A stretch of 64,000 nt of DNA. Source: Acetobacteraceae bacterium (GTDB lineage Bacteria > Pseudomonadota > Alphaproteobacteria > Acetobacterales > Acetobacteraceae). Of the stretch, positions 39,837-48,214 are shown piece by piece. The translations under genes were made by a program, and so were the position numbers. Location: the NCBI GenBank assembly GCA_030041375.1, contig JASHOA010000022.1, positions 106,894-170,893 of the forward strand. The letters are read 5' to 3'. How positions within the stretch are numbered: the first letter of the stretch is position 1; each line of letters opens with the position of its first letter. The notes beneath the pieces are model-generated. The model was not told the DNA's origin. It saw nothing but the letters and a program-made list of their open reading frames with translations, and searched no databases.

Positions 39837-40949
39837 TCAGGCGGCGAGCTTTTCGAGCTCGCGCACGACCGCCTCGCCCATCACCGCGGTGCCGACCCGG
39901 GCACAGCCGGATGCCATCACATCCGGCGTGCGGAGACCAGAGGCAAGCACGCGGGTTGCCGCACGCTCGATCAGCGTGGCATCGTCATCGAGCCCGAAGG
40001 ACCAGCGGAGCAGCATCGCGAAGCTCAGGATCTCGGCCATCGGATTGGCGATACCCTTGCCGGCGATGTCTGGCGCGCTGCCGTGGATCGGCTCGTAGAG
40101 GGCGGGACGCTTGCCGGAGGCATCCACCGCGCCGATGGTCGCAGAAGGCAGCATGCCGAGGCTTCCAGTCAGCATCGAAGCGAGATCGGAGAGCAGATCG
40201 CCGAACAGATTGGAAGTGACGATGACGTCGAACTGGCGCGGATTGCGCACCAGCTGCATGGCGCAGTTGTCGGCATACATGTGCGAGAGAGCGATCTCGG
40301 GAAATTCGCGCGCGCCGAGCGCGGTGATCGTCTGGCGCCAGAGCAGGCCGCTTTCCATCACGTTCGCCTTCTCGACGCTGCAAAGACGCTTCTGGCGCCT
40401 GGAGGCAAGCTCGAAGGCGATGCGGCCGACCCGCTCGATCTCGCTCGTCGTATAGACTTCCGTGTTGATACCGCGCTTCTGGCCGTCGGGAAGCGAATCG
40501 ATGCCGCGCGGCTCGCCGAAATAGATGCCGCCGGTCGACTCGCGGACGATCATCAGGTCGAGCCCGCGCACGATCTCTGGCTTGAGCGCGCTCGCCTCGA
40601 CGAGAGGGTCGAGCACGAGAGCGGGGCGGAGATTGGCGAACAGGCCGAGTTCGCGGCGCAGCGCGAGGATGGCGATCTCGGGGCGCTTGTCGAAGCCGAG
40701 CGAATCCCATTTCGGCCCGCCGACAGCGCCGAACAGCACGGCGTCGGCATCCCTGGCCGAGGCGAGTGTCGAATCGCTGATCGGGGTGCCGCGCACGTCG
40801 ATCGACACACCGCCGACGAGGTCTTCGGCAAGATCGAAGGAGATGGCGCGGCGATGTGCCATCCAATCGATGACGCGATGCACCTCGCGCATCACTTCCG
40901 GGCCGATGCCGTCGCCCGGCAGCAGCAACAGCTTCTTGTTGGCGGGCAT
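39837..40949 (-). CDS. leuB: 3-isopropylmalate dehydrogenase
   Basis: 370 aa. LLLPGDGIGPEV..NLFGDLLSDLASMLTGSLGMLPSA motifs. Confidence 0.95.
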   Translation of the reverse strand: MPANKKLLLLPGDGIGPEVMREVHRVIDWMAHRRAISFDLAEDLVGGVSIDVRGTPISDSTLASARDADAVLFGAVGGPKWDSLGFDKRPEIAILALRRELGLFANLRPALVLDPLVEASALKPEIVRGLDLMIVRESTGGIYFGEPRGIDSLPDGQKRGINTEVYTTSEIERVGRIAFELASRRQKRLCSVEKANVMESGLLWRQTITALGAREFPEIALSHMYADNCAMQLVRNPRQFDVIVTSNLFGDLLSDLASMLTGSLGMLPSATIGAVDASGKRPALYEPIHGSAPDIAGKGIANPMAEILSFAMLLRWSFGLDDDATLIERAATRVLASGLRTPDVMASGCARVGTAVMGEAVVRELEKLAA

Positions 40950-40955
40950 CGTGGG

Positions 40956-41579
40956 TTACGCGACGGTTGTCGCGGGCAGCCAGGACCATTCGCGGAGCCG
41001 CCGCTCCTCGAAACGATCGATCGCGGGGGAGAAGGCCATGGTCTGGCCGATATCGTCGAGCCCTTCGAGCAGGAGACGCTTGCGGAACGGATCGAATTCG
41101 AAGCGGATTTCCTCGCCGTTCGGGCAGATGATCGCCTGGCGTTCGAGATCGACGGTGAATTTCGCGTTGCCGCCCATTGCGGCGTCGGCCATCAGCCGCT
41201 CGCACGTCTCGCGCGGCAGGCGGATGGGGAGCAGGCCGTTCTTCAGGCTGTTGTTGTAGAAGATGTCGCCGAAAGAGGGAGCGATCACGCAACGAATGCC
41301 GAAATCCATCAGCGACCAGGGTGCATGCTCGCGCGAGGAGCCGCAGCCGAAATTGTCGTCCGCGACCAGGATGCCGGCCTTGCGCCAGGGTTCGCGGTTG
41401 AGGACGAAATCCGGATTCTCGGTGCCGTCCGCACGGTAGCGGAGCGGATCGAAGAGGTGCACGCCGAGCCCGGTGCGCTTGATGGTTTTCAGGAAGCGCG
41501 AGGGAATGATTTTGTCGGTATCGACATTGGCGATCGGCAGCGCGGCGGCGATGGCCGTGAGCCTGGTGAATTTTTCCAT
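40956..41579 (-). CDS. leuD: 3-isopropylmalate dehydratase small subunit
   Basis: 207 aa from ATG 41579. [27 protein letters not shown]. Confidence 0.93.
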   Translation of the reverse strand: MEKFTRLTAIAAALPIANVDTDKIIPSRFLKTIKRTGLGVHLFDPLRYRADGTENPDFVLNREPWRKAGILVADDNFGCGSSREHAPWSLMDFGIRCVIAPSFGDIFYNNSLKNGLLPIRLPRETCERLMADAAMGGNAKFTVDLERQAIICPNGEEIRFEFDPFRKRLLLEGLDDIGQTMAFSPAIDRFEERRLREWSWLPATTVA

Positions 41580-41581
41580 GG

Positions 41582-42994
41582 TCAGGAAAACTCGCGCACG
41601 TCGGCGAAGTGCCCGGCGATGGCGGCGGCGGCGGCCATGGCCGGTGAGAGGAGATGGGTGCGGGCACCGGGTCCCTGGCGACCCTCGAAGTTGCGGTTCG
41701 AGGTGCTGGCCGAGCGCTTGCCGGGCGGAACCTTGTCGGGGTTCATGCCGAGGCACATCGAGCAGCCTGCTTCGCGCCATTCGAAGCCGGCGTCCTTGAA
41801 GACCCGGTCGAGTCCCTCGGCTTCCGCCTGTTTCTTGATCAGGCCGGAACCGGGCACGACCAGGGCGCGGACTCCGGCGGCGACCTTGCGGCCGCGGGTG
41901 ATGCGCGCGGCCTCGCGGAGATCTTCGATGCGGCTGTTGGTGCAACTGCCGATGAAGACCACATCGACCGGAATGTCGGTGATCTTCGTGCCGGGCTTGA
42001 GGTCCATGTATTCGAGCATGCGCTCGAAAGTCGCGCGGCGCACCGGGTCCGGCTCGGCGGAAGGATCGGGCACGACACCCGTGACCGGCACCACCGCCTC
42101 CGGGTTGGTGCCCCATGAGACCATGGGGGCGAGTTTACCGGCGTCGATCGTCACGGTGCGTTCGAAGGTGGCGCCGGGATCGGAAGGAAGGGTGCGCCAG
42201 TACGCGATGGCATGCTCGAGCGCCTCGCCCTTGGGGGCGTAGGGGCGGCCCGCGACATAGACGAAGGTTGTTTCGTCCGGCGCGATGAGGCCGGCCCGCG
42301 CGCCGGCCTCGATCGACATGTTGCAGACCGTCATCCGCCCGGCCATGTCGAGCGCGCGGATCGTATCGCCGGCGTATTCGATGACGTGCCCGGTGCCGCC
42401 AGCGGTGCCGATGCGGCCGATGATGGCGAGGATGATGTCCTTGGCGGTGCAGCCGGGTGGCAGGCGGCCGTTGACCTCGATCCGCATGTTGGCGGCCGGC
42501 CGCTGCAGCAATGTTTGCGTGGCCAGCACGTGCTCGACCTCGGAGGTGCCGATGCCGAAGGCGAGCGCACCGACGGCGCCGTGCGTCGAGGTGTGGGAAT
42601 CGCCGCAGACGATCGTCGTGCCGGGCAGGCTGATGCCGAGTTCCGGGCCGATGATGTGGACGATGCCCTGGCGGTCGTCGAGGACGGGGATGTAGGGGAC
42701 ACCGAAGGCGACGACGTTCTTCTCCAGTGTTTCGACCTGGAGGCGGCTCTCGGCCTCGGCGATGCCGTTGCGGCGGTCGGAAGTCGGGATGTTATGGTCG
42801 GCGACCGCGATCGTCGCATCGGGGCGGCGGACGCGACGGCGGGCGAGCGTCAGCCCTTCGAAGGCCTGCGGGCTGGTGACTTCGTGGACGAGATGGCGAT
42901 CGATATAAAGAAGGCATGTGCCGTCGGGCAGCCGCTCGACGACGTGGCTTTCCCAGATCTTGTCGAACAGCGTGCGCGGCGTCGGGCTTGGCAT
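41582..42994 (-). CDS. leuC: 3-isopropylmalate dehydratase large subunit
   Basis: 470 aa from ATG 42994. [56 protein letters not shown]. Confidence 0.95.
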   Translation of the reverse strand: MPSPTPRTLFDKIWESHVVERLPDGTCLLYIDRHLVHEVTSPQAFEGLTLARRRVRRPDATIAVADHNIPTSDRRNGIAEAESRLQVETLEKNVVAFGVPYIPVLDDRQGIVHIIGPELGISLPGTTIVCGDSHTSTHGAVGALAFGIGTSEVEHVLATQTLLQRPAANMRIEVNGRLPPGCTAKDIILAIIGRIGTAGGTGHVIEYAGDTIRALDMAGRMTVCNMSIEAGARAGLIAPDETTFVYVAGRPYAPKGEALEHAIAYWRTLPSDPGATFERTVTIDAGKLAPMVSWGTNPEAVVPVTGVVPDPSAEPDPVRRATFERMLEYMDLKPGTKITDIPVDVVFIGSCTNSRIEDLREAARITRGRKVAAGVRALVVPGSGLIKKQAEAEGLDRVFKDAGFEWREAGCSMCLGMNPDKVPPGKRSASTSNRNFEGRQGPGARTHLLSPAMAAAAAIAGHFADVREFS

Positions 42995-43014
42995 TTGCTG
43001 CTTACCCGCGCGCG

Positions 43015-43425
43015 TCACTCGGCGTCCGCCGCGGCGGCGGGTGCCTCGGCGGGCGGCGCCGCTTCGCTTCGCGCCCGCTCGGCGATGCGGGCCGATTTGC
43101 CGCGCCGGCCGCGCAGGTAATAGAGCTTGGCGCGACGCACCTTGCCGCGTCGCACCACCTCGATGCCGGCCAGGCTCGGCACATGCAGTGGGAAGACGCG
43201 CTCGACGCCCTCGCCATAGCTGATCTTGCGCACGGTGAAGCTGGAGTTGAGGCCACGGTTGGAGCGGGCGATGCAGACGCCCTCGAAGGCCTGGGTGCGG
43301 GTGCGCTCGCCCTCGACGACGCGAACCAGGACCCTGAGCGTATCGCCCGGAGCGAACTCGGGCACCGGCCGTTCGGCCGCGAGCCGGGCCACTGCCTCGG
43401 CTTCGTATCGCTGGATGATGTTCAT
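43015..43425 (-). CDS. rplS: 50S ribosomal protein L19
   Basis: 136 aa from ATG 43425. [70 protein letters not shown]. Its stop lies 20 nt from the leuC start. Confidence 0.95.
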   Translation of the reverse strand: MNIIQRYEAEAVARLAAERPVPEFAPGDTLRVLVRVVEGERTRTQAFEGVCIARSNRGLNSSFTVRKISYGEGVERVFPLHVPSLAGIEVVRRGKVRRAKLYYLRGRRGKSARIAERARSEAAPPAEAPAAAADAE

Positions 43426-43526
43426 GGATGGGACCCCTTTGGCCATTCCCATAGGGCGCAAAGGGACGGCTGGCAACGGGCAGAGCCGGCAGGGCTGGAA
43501 GGCTTCGCGCCCATAGTGCTGCTGGG

Positions 43527-44240
43527 ATGGTGCGATTGGTCGGCACCGCGGCCTTGGTCGAGGGGAAGCCGTCCGGCCTCAGGTTCGCACCGATCGAGTT
43601 GCCGGGCTGCGCAGTGACGGGCGGCGGGGCTCGCCGTGCTGGCGGGGCGGCTGGCGCCTGAGCTGCTCAATTCGTTCCTGGCTGCGCCGGCGGTGCCGGG
43701 GCTCGGCGGCTTGATCGACGATCTTGGGGCGTGCCTTGTCCTGTCACCGCCGGGGATGGGCCTCGTGCGCGGCACTGCGCCAAGGTCCGCACTGTGCCGG
43801 CTGGGCTAACCTTAAGCCGAGAGGCGGAGCCCCGGCATGTGGTCGCAGTCGCACTCCGGGTGACCGGGAGGGGCAAATCAACCACGACGCAGGGGGCTGA
43901 CGTACATAGCAATGTGCCGTGGTCACCGGCGCACGTGGCGGCGGACCCGGACGGCAGCGCTATGGGCTCTTCTGGCGTCTGGGCGACGTGATTCTCAATC
44001 CGTTCGGTGCCCGCAGCGTGCGCGGGGACGCCCTGACCGAGTTCCGCAAGGAAATCGACTGCCGGTTCCTCGGCGAAGTGGTGCTGCCGCCGGGGCGGCG
44101 GGACGCAGAACGAGTGGCTCGGCTTCGCGCGGGAGATCCTCGCCACGTCCTTGCGCACCTGGCACCGCAACAGTCTGGGTCTTCCACACGCTGGCGGCGG
44201 CGGAGCGGGAGCAGCCTTGCGATGACACGACTTCGCGGAG
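43527..44240 (+). pseudogene. Frameshifted coding remnants of unidentified gene(s)
   Basis: Hand-counted GC3 is 82-100% in successive plus-strand frames: [20 protein letters not shown].. / ..[24 protein letters not shown].. / ..VALRVTGRGKSTT.. / QRYGLFWRLGDVILNPFG..FRKEIDCRFLGEVVL / GTQNEWLGFAREILATSLRTWHRN. Each ends in a stop or frame switch. The 414-aa minus ORF here has only about 58% GC3. Confidence 0.4.
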
Positions 44241-44241
44241 C

Positions 44242-44373
44242 TTATTTCCTCTTTTTGGGTTTGGCCTTGCGCTCCTGTCGGAGCGCCGATCCCGCAACCG
44301 ATCGGACTGTCTTGGACTTTGCGGTTTTGAGCAATTTTCCAGCCTCCCGACCAACCCGCTTCGACGTGGCCAT
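44242..44373 (-). CDS. 43-aa Lys/Arg-rich small protein (below the ORF-track cutoff)
   Basis: ATG 44373 is preceded by AGGAG with a 6-nt spacer. Sequence MATSKRVGREAGKLLKTAKSKTVRSVAGSALRQERKAKPKKRK, stop TAA. Confidence 0.5.
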   Translation of the reverse strand: MATSKRVGREAGKLLKTAKSKTVRSVAGSALRQERKAKPKKRK

Positions 44374-44629
44374 CTACGACTCCTGTCTCGGCAAAGGTAG
44401 TATAGCAGATCTGTCTCGCCACCGATCGATTTAGCGGATGAAGAGCTCCGGCGGGCCCTCGCGATAACGCGCACGTAAAGGCAGCCGGCAACCCGGCAGA
44501 GTCTGAACGCAATGTTTGCTGCCCATCAGTTCGGACTGGACGAGGCCGAAGCCAGGGAGCCGTGCTGGGAAACATAGAACGCCTGCTTGAACCTACGCAG
44601 ACGGGCGCTAGGAATATGGCGTCCCTGTT

Positions 44630-45040
44630 CCACCCGCCGGCCACTCCTATCGCCCTGGCCCGCGCGCCGTTTCCCTTCCCGGCTTTGGCGGCGAGCTCGA
44701 CTGCGATCGCCGCGGCGCAGAGATCGGCCGCGCTGTCCGGCGGGCAGGGTCTGTAGAGTTTCACCATGCGGTCCCAGCTCGCCGGGTCCGCCTGCTGCAT
44801 CAGGATCTCGTCGGCCTGCCATTGGTTCCTCCCGGCCAATGGCACCGCTGCCAGCCACGTGCCGCCGCCCCAGGGCAGAAGCGCCACCAACAGCACCACC
44901 CCACCCATCACGCCGAGCCCGCCGACGGTCCAAAGCTATCCCCGCTGCTCGCCCTGCTCCCGCGCCTGGCCGACCAGCGCCTTCAGCTCGCGCATCGCCA
45001 CGGTCTGCTCTGCCACCACCGGCGCCGCGCCCGCGCGGCA
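44630..45040 (-). pseudogene. Fragment of a plasmid/ICE-type membrane protein (resembles what I recall as DUF6118), interrupted by an in-frame TAG at 44936-44938
   Basis: One frame reads ..VAMRELKALVGQAREQGEQRG*LWTVGGLGVMGGVVLLVALLPWGGGTW..QADEILMQQADPASWDRMV..CAAAIAVELAAKAGKG. This is helix, TM segment and a Cys/AKAGK tail in the family order. GC3 is high on both sides of the stop. Confidence 0.4.
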
Positions 45041-45358
45041 CTCGTAGTGGAGCTGGGCGCCCCTGCGAAAGCGCAATGCCGCGAGCGTGACATCGGGCGA
45101 AATGGTCACCAATTCCGGCGAGCCGTACCGCGCCGCGCGTAGGCAGAATTGATAGAGATGGATCCCTTCCCAGCCCATCGCAACCTGGAATACGCCGTGC
45201 AACTCGCGCGGGCTGCAACCCGATGGCACCAGAACCCGCCGCCATACCATTGGACTGATCCCTGTCAGCCATACTTTGATCTGTAGGATCACCTCAGCGT
45301 CCGACACGGACGGCGCGGTGTTTGCTCTCGCTCGGGATGGTTTCGGCCGCCGCGTCAT
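45041..45358 (-). pseudogene. N-terminal fragment of a pRiA4b ORF-3-like (PRiA4_ORF3) protein, fused in frame to the previous fragment
   Basis: ILQIKVWLTGISPMVWRRVLVPSGCSPRELHGVFQVAMGWEGIHLYQF matches the family signature (vtL.g..PpiWRRi.vp...L..Lh..iq.amGW...HLh.F). Homology stops after ..QLHYE, about residue 106. Confidence 0.6.
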
Positions 45359-45539
45359 CCGGACAGATTACCGCCGGTCTCCAGGTTCGTCGCCTCGGCC
45401 CGCCTCTGAGATCCTCATGCTCTCCCGCACCGACCTTCGCGGTGGCATCGGCACGCTCTCAATCGGAGGTTGCCTCTTTGCGCCCGCCTTGATACGATAC
45501 AGTTGTTATGTTGCCTTGTTGTTTTGGGGAATCTCGGAA

Positions 45540-46199
45540 ATGGCAGGCTGGGTGACTCGGGGTGGTAACCAGGACAATTACATCCAGGAAGCGTCATGGA
45601 ACTGCGGCATGGCCTGTGTCGCCATGGCGTTGAACCGGCAGGGCCATGGTAACCCGACGACACGAGCAATCGCCGCGGTTTCCCAAGCCCAGGGCGGCAG
45701 TTCATACGTGTCGGCAAACATTGACCGGCCAGGGGTATCCGATACGACGCATAATTCTAGTCTCTTGATTCAAGCCCTCGCGCTCCGGCGTCGGGCAATT
45801 GAGCCCACCGACAACCCGCTGGGCCAGCAGAACCCACAGCAAATGTTGGAGCGCCTGCACGAGGGTTCGAACCCGGGAACCGGGGGCAGGAATTTGGCCA
45901 AGACGCTGAAAGACGGATACAATATCCTTACCACCGGATATGTGGGCGCTGTGCATACAGGACTTCTGAAGACGGCTATGCAGAATGCGACGATGGCGAA
46001 GCCGCTGATATTAGGTTTAGAGGATCCTCCTCACTTTGTTCTGTGTGAAGGCCTCGTGGCCGGGACGGGCAACAGGTACAGCGTCGTCGATCCGGCCGAT
46101 GGTGTTCGTTATTTTGACGGAAGGCTTAGGAATGGAACGAAGATAAAGTTCAACGGTACATCATATTACACGAAGATCGACGAATACATTTACACCTGA
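45540..46199 (+). CDS. Orphan papain-fold cysteine peptidase, C39-like domain
   Basis: 219 aa from ATG 45540. Q-x5-C (IQEASWNCGMACVAMAL), His (PPHFVLCEG) and Asp (SVVDPADG) occur in C39 order. No signal peptide. Local GC is about 52% (31/60 counted at 45901-45960). Confidence 0.6.
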   Translation: MAGWVTRGGNQDNYIQEASWNCGMACVAMALNRQGHGNPTTRAIAAVSQAQGGSSYVSANIDRPGVSDTTHNSSLLIQALALRRRAIEPTDNPLGQQNPQQMLERLHEGSNPGTGGRNLAKTLKDGYNILTTGYVGAVHTGLLKTAMQNATMAKPLILGLEDPPHFVLCEGLVAGTGNRYSVVDPADGVRYFDGRLRNGTKIKFNGTSYYTKIDEYIYT

Positions 46200-46240
46200 G
46201 GGGACTGTCGGTAATTTTGTGCGTGAGACGGTGTTTGTCA

Positions 46241-46490
46241 TCAGATGATGAACCGCTCGCCGAAGATAACGGCGAACTGGGTCTTTGCCTCGGCCCACTC
46301 GCGCGGCGGGTGTTTCCATTCCCGAGCCGCGGTACTGAGCACGAGGTATAGCAGCTTCATCGCGGCATCGTCACTGGGGAAGTGCCCACGGGTGCGGACG
46401 GCGTGGCGCAGTTTCGAGTTCAGCGCCTCGATTGCGTTGGTGGTGTAAACGATCCGGCACACGCCCTCGGGGAAGCACAGGTGCTGCCCT
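46241..46490 (-). mobile_element. IS256-family transposase, C-terminal ~80 codons only (5'-truncated remnant)
   Basis: ..FPEGVCRIVYTTNAIEALNSKLRHAVRTRGHFPSDDAAMKLLYL..REW matches the IS256/Mutator transposase C-terminus. The frame is closed by TGA upstream at about 46490. No inverted repeat was recognised. Confidence 0.8.
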
Positions 46491-46515
46491 CAATAATACA
46501 TTCTGGGCCCGGAGG

Positions 46516-46935
46516 CTAAGAATTCAGCTCTGCGGCAATGAGCATACGAGCGCCGCGCGCGAGCAGCGCGGAGCGGCTCAGACCGGTTCGCTTGGAAACA
46601 TCATCGATCCGCGCCAGCAGACCCTCATCCAGACTAACGTTGACCCTGAGCGCGTGCCCCGCCGTTTCGACCGGCACCAGCAACGTCCGGGGATCATGAA
46701 AGGCAGTGCAGTCATAGTCGGGGAGAACATCCTCTTCGACCGAGGACGGCAGAGCCTCGCCGTCCTGCTCGATGTCTGCGACCACGGTTGCCAGAGCATC
46801 CTTTGCCTGACGCATTACATCCGCGAATTTTTCGGCAACGGAGGTCACGCCAGGAAAGTCCGGAAAAATGATGGACCAGTTGCTCTCCTCGGGCAGGCGA
46901 TCCGCGATCGCCAGATAGTACTTCGTTGCCACCAT
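46516..46935 (-). CDS. hicB: HicB-family antitoxin (HicB fold plus C-terminal RHH)
   Basis: 139 aa. YLAIADRLPEESNWSIIFPDFPGVTSVAEKFADVMRQAKDAL, then VNVSLDEGLLARIDDVSKRTGLSRSALLA (ribbon-helix-helix). Confidence 0.85.
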   Translation of the reverse strand: MVATKYYLAIADRLPEESNWSIIFPDFPGVTSVAEKFADVMRQAKDALATVVADIEQDGEALPSSVEEDVLPDYDCTAFHDPRTLLVPVETAGHALRVNVSLDEGLLARIDDVSKRTGLSRSALLARGARMLIAAELNS

Positions 46936-46946
46936 GCTTCTCCTCT

Positions 46947-47138
46947 TTAGCGTTCCGGCGGATATTCCCAGCCGGCCTGCGCGCAGATGGCGCGCAATGT
47001 CCCGCTCGGGATGTCACCGGCGTGGTTCGAGACGACGACCCGATGCCCGCCTTTTTTGAAGACCACATGCGCGCCCTTGCCGGGCCGCTCCGTCCAGCCT
47101 TCGCGGCGAAGCCGATTCATCGCTTCACGGGCAGTCAT
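46947..47138 (-). CDS. hicA: HicA mRNA-interferase toxin
   Basis: 63 aa. REAMNRLRREGWTERPGKGAHVVFKKGGHRVVVSNHAGDIPSGTLRAI is the canonical HicA pattern. Confidence 0.88.
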   Translation of the reverse strand: MTAREAMNRLRREGWTERPGKGAHVVFKKGGHRVVVSNHAGDIPSGTLRAICAQAGWEYPPER

Positions 47139-47150
47139 GACGGCCGGTCA

Positions 47151-47168
47151 TTGTGTATAAATACACAA
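47151..47168 (-). promoter_or_regulatory. Perfect palindrome TTGTGTAT-AA-ATACACAA, candidate hicAB operator overlapping a -10-like TATAAA
   Basis: It lies 13 nt upstream of the hicA ATG. This is the only AT-rich perfect 8-2-8 inverted repeat in the spacer. RHH antitoxins typically bind such palindromes. Confidence 0.5.
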
Positions 47169-47269
47169 CGCGTTTGCCGGCGCAAGAGGCGCAGCATGCG
47201 CGATCGGAAAAACATCGCTGAAAAACATCGTTTAAGCCAAAGGCCTGAACCCTTTCATGGAAGCCCCTA

Positions 47270-47719
47270 CTACGGCCGCATCGCCTTCCCGAGCGGCGCC
47301 CACAGGCGGCGATCGAAACGAAACGGCCGCTGCTGAATGAGGTGCGCGGGCGTAGCCTCGGGATGCACCGGATTGAGCAGGAGATTGGTGCTCTCGGGAA
47401 CAATCGCCGAAGGCACCTCGAGCAGGGGTGTCCGCCCCTCCGAGAGCCAAGCATCACCGTAAGCCGCCGGGTCTTCGGGCATTTCGTCCACCACTTCCAC
47501 TGCGAGCCCGTCGAAATCGAGCGTCAGCAGCAGGTAGTCGTCCGGGATCAATTCCGGGGCGAGGTCGAGATGAACGCGCACCTCGAACACGGCGAGCGCC
47601 GCACTGGAAGCGGCATAAACCATGGCACGGCCTGGCCGGTTCCATCGCCCGCCATAGCGGCGTGCGCCGAAGCCGGCGAGATCGGCATAGCCATCCTGGC
47701 ACAGGCGCCAGGCCAGCAC
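47270..47719 (-). CDS. RES-domain toxin (MbcT/ParT-like NAD+-targeting family)
   Basis: 149 aa from GTG 47719. R (GARRYGGRWNRPG), E (AVFEVRVH) and S (LEVPSAIVPES) motifs occur in order. Confidence 0.85.
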   Translation of the reverse strand: MLAWRLCQDGYADLAGFGARRYGGRWNRPGRAMVYAASSAALAVFEVRVHLDLAPELIPDDYLLLTLDFDGLAVEVVDEMPEDPAAYGDAWLSEGRTPLLEVPSAIVPESTNLLLNPVHPEATPAHLIQQRPFRFDRRLWAPLGKAMRP

Positions 47720-47737
47720 CGGCCCGACACCTCGATT

Positions 47738-48214
47738 TCAGGCGGCGATCCCATACGAAATGTGCCCGAGCAGGCTTTCCACCGCCCTGATACCGGCGTC
47801 GGTATCCAGAAGCTCGAGCGGCGCCTCGCCGCCGAGCGCCGTTGTCGGTCGCCTGAGCCACACCCTCGCCTTGTCGGTGCTGCCAAACGTTTCCTCGGCC
47901 AATGCCAGGATCGTCGCCACCCGCATCAGTCGATCCGATTGCTCGGGTGTAAGTCGGCCGTGTTTTTTGCGGTTCGCGAGGGTCTTGCGCGGCAGCACGA
48001 TGCGATCGAGTTCCGCCAGCGTAAGCTGCCCGGATTCGAGCACGAATCGGGCAGTCGCGATCGGCAGCCCCTGCCGCACCAGCCGCACCACATCGTCATG
48101 GCCTGCCGCTTCAGCCCCGATTGCCGCGGCTCCCCCGACCACGTCCAGCGCGCTGACATGTGCCTTGCCGCCCATCAATGTCTCCCGGGCCATTTGCACC
48201 ATAGATAGCGGCAT
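47738..48214 (-). CDS. Xre/MbcA/ParS-type antitoxin (DUF2384 toxin-binding domain)
   Basis: C-terminal EETFGSTDKARVWLRRPTTALGGEAPLELLDTDAGIRAVESLLGHISYG is the DUF2384 signature. The start is uncertain (ATG 48214, 48202 or 48193). It ends 18 nt before the RES gene. Confidence 0.8.
   Translation of the reverse strand: MPLSMVQMARETLMGGKAHVSALDVVGGAAAIGAEAAGHDDVVRLVRQGLPIATARFVLESGQLTLAELDRIVLPRKTLANRKKHGRLTPEQSDRLMRVATILALAEETFGSTDKARVWLRRPTTALGGEAPLELLDTDAGIRAVESLLGHISYGIAA

Noticed and set aside
43950-44245. Tyrosine-recombinase (integrase) C-terminal remnant, suggested by ..DPRHVLAHL.. and ..SSLAMTRLRGAY.. resembling HDLRHT and LGHSS.AMT.RYAH
   Set aside because: Those two strings lie in a stretch where that frame has poor GC3 (about 57%), and the better-supported frames read differently (GTQNEWLGFAREILATSLRTWHRN). 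The resemblance is too short to claim without a search.
44440-44520. EcfG-type general stress promoter (GAAC-N19-CGTT) upstream of the 43-aa sORF
   Set aside because: The spacer is 19 nt rather than 16-17, the first G of GGAAC is missing, and the motif lies about 140 nt from the ATG. Chance occurrence is likely.
43667-44911. 414-aa minus-strand ORF in the islet as a real gene
   Set aside because: Only its first ~94 codons look coding (a membrane-protein fragment with high GC3). Downstream, hand-counted GC3 falls to about 58%, while plus-strand frames carry the coding signal. It also swallows the separately supported 43-aa sORF frame region.
45861-45880. tRNA-like T-arm string GGGTTCGAACCC
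   Set aside because: It lies inside the C39-like ORF (HEGSNPGTG). The flanks do not form a 5-bp T-stem, acceptor stem or anticodon arm. No tRNA gene was recognised anywhere in the window.
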